Below are positions 62,690 to 64,000 of a stretch of 64,000 bases of DNA, piece by piece. This stretch comes from Octopus sinensis (Eukaryota). Numbering within the stretch: the stretch's first letter is position 1; each line of letters opens with the position of its first letter. Below the pieces are notes generated by a model, which was not told the DNA's origin, did no database searches, and saw only the letters and a program-made list of their open reading frames with translations. Location: contig NC_043002.1 of assembly GCF_006345805.1 (NCBI RefSeq), positions 18,910,001-18,974,000 of the forward strand, in the 5' to 3' direction. The position numbers were made by a program, and so were the translations under genes.

Positions 62690-63375
62690 AATGGATATTT
62701 CTGGATGAAATTTTCTGCAAATACGCTTCAGTTGCTGAATTTTCCGATTATATCGGGATGTGATGTGAAATATTTTTTTTCTGTGAGTAGGGAGGGGGAT
62801 TTCGGAAAATTCACACGTGTCAGCTTTGTTTCCTCATAACTTTAAGAAAAATTGGGTATCTTTTAATGAAATATTCAGCAGTTACCTTTCAGAATGTATA
62901 GATTATAATTATATCGGAATTTAATATGAACAAAAACAAAAAAGAAACAAAAAACTGTTGGACTTGCACACCTACATACTGACATACATCACATACATTT
63001 GCAAAATGAAACTTGACACTTAGAAAAGAATTATACCTCAGTATGTGCATGTATGCATGATGCGTGTTCGTTTTTCATTCTTCCTTTCTTTCTTACAAAT
63101 TATATTCTGATATAATCTTAATCTACACTCTCTGAAAGGGATTTGTAGAAAATTTTCATAAAAATGTATTCATTTTTCCTGAAAGTTATAAGGAAACGAA
63201 GCTGACTTGTATGAGTTTTCGGAAACTTCTCTCCCCACGTGCGAATTTTTTAAATTTTTTTACTGCAAATTCCGATATAATCAGAATCTACACCATCTGA
63301 AGCGTATTTGTAGTAAATTTCATTTTAAAAATCTACATCATTCTGGAAGTTATGAGGAAACAAAGTTGGTGGGAG
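62690..63375. repeat. Second foldback-like element of ~100-bp modules
   Basis: Modules at ~62825-62920 (one orientation) and ~63100-63200 and 63268-63365 (opposite orientation). Confidence 0.5.
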
Positions 63376-64000
63376 AGGAGGGCACACTTACTTTAAGGCA
63401 TGCCTTTCTACCTTTAGTCATCAGCCATATTGCAGATTGTACCAACCACAATATTATTGCCATAGTTACTCTTAGTCACACCTTCATTAAAGACTGAAAC
63501 ACAATCATTTGTAAATTCAAATTACATGACTCTATCACTAGTGCTGGTGTCACAAAGAAAGTGCCCATTGCACTCTGTAGAGTGCATTAGGAAGGCTGTT
63601 TTCGTTATTTGATATTGTATCAGTTTATTGATTTTAATTTGTGTTTGAGGAATGTTGGCAGTGTTTAGCTCTAAGTCACCTATGACCAATAGGCATTTCA
63701 GCTGTGTCAGTCCCTCACCTATCTCTTCTTCAAAGGGAATTCACCTACAGAAACCATGACGAGGCAAGACATGTTCACCAACCCATCTAGGAGGGCAGTA
63801 AATCTTTATAAGAACTTTCTGACATCCTGTACCAACTCATGCCAACACGGAAAACAGATGTAAAATGATGATGAGTTCAGTGTGATCCTAGATGCATTTA
63901 AGTAACAATTGTGGTTGATTTGGTTGCTATTTCTAGTGGTCTTATACAAACTAACTCAGCTTGAAACGCATTATGGTGACTAACCTGTAGAGTGCACCAC

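Overview
AT-rich, repeat-dense animal genomic DNA, most likely from an octopus. That assignment is inferred from the tRNA-derived SINE families and the effector-less C2H2 gene cluster. Host genes: one 6-exon secreted S1 serine protease on + (8600-14232, 258 aa, intact His-Asp-Ser triad, non-trypsin pocket), and four tandem minus-strand C2H2 zinc-finger paralogs (21, 10, 8 and 16 finger repeats). The four paralogs share a non-coding first exon and one long coding exon. The rest is mobile DNA: two Tx1-type LINE copies each embedded in (GATA)n, Penelope-like (PLE) RT and endonuclease relics, RTE, CR1 and R4-like fragments, mariners, Helitrons, TA- and TTAA-targeting MITEs, and three SINE families. 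Main signals: (1) several PLE-type inverted-repeat mini-elements carrying hammerhead ribozyme folds, including a sense-strand one in a protease intron that its own inverted arm could sequester, and a G3-C8 core covariant; (2) a ~55-65 bp upstream module with invariant 36-bp spacing in front of all four ZNF genes; (3) a 5S rRNA-headed SINE-like element sharing its 3' tail with a tRNA-SINE and a CR1-type LINE; (4) apparent (GATA)n-specific Tx1 insertion; (5) start-codon turnover and a variable helix +2 codon in the ZNF arrays. All alignments and folds were done by eye. Most short ORFs in the supplied track are microsatellite or frame-shadow artefacts.
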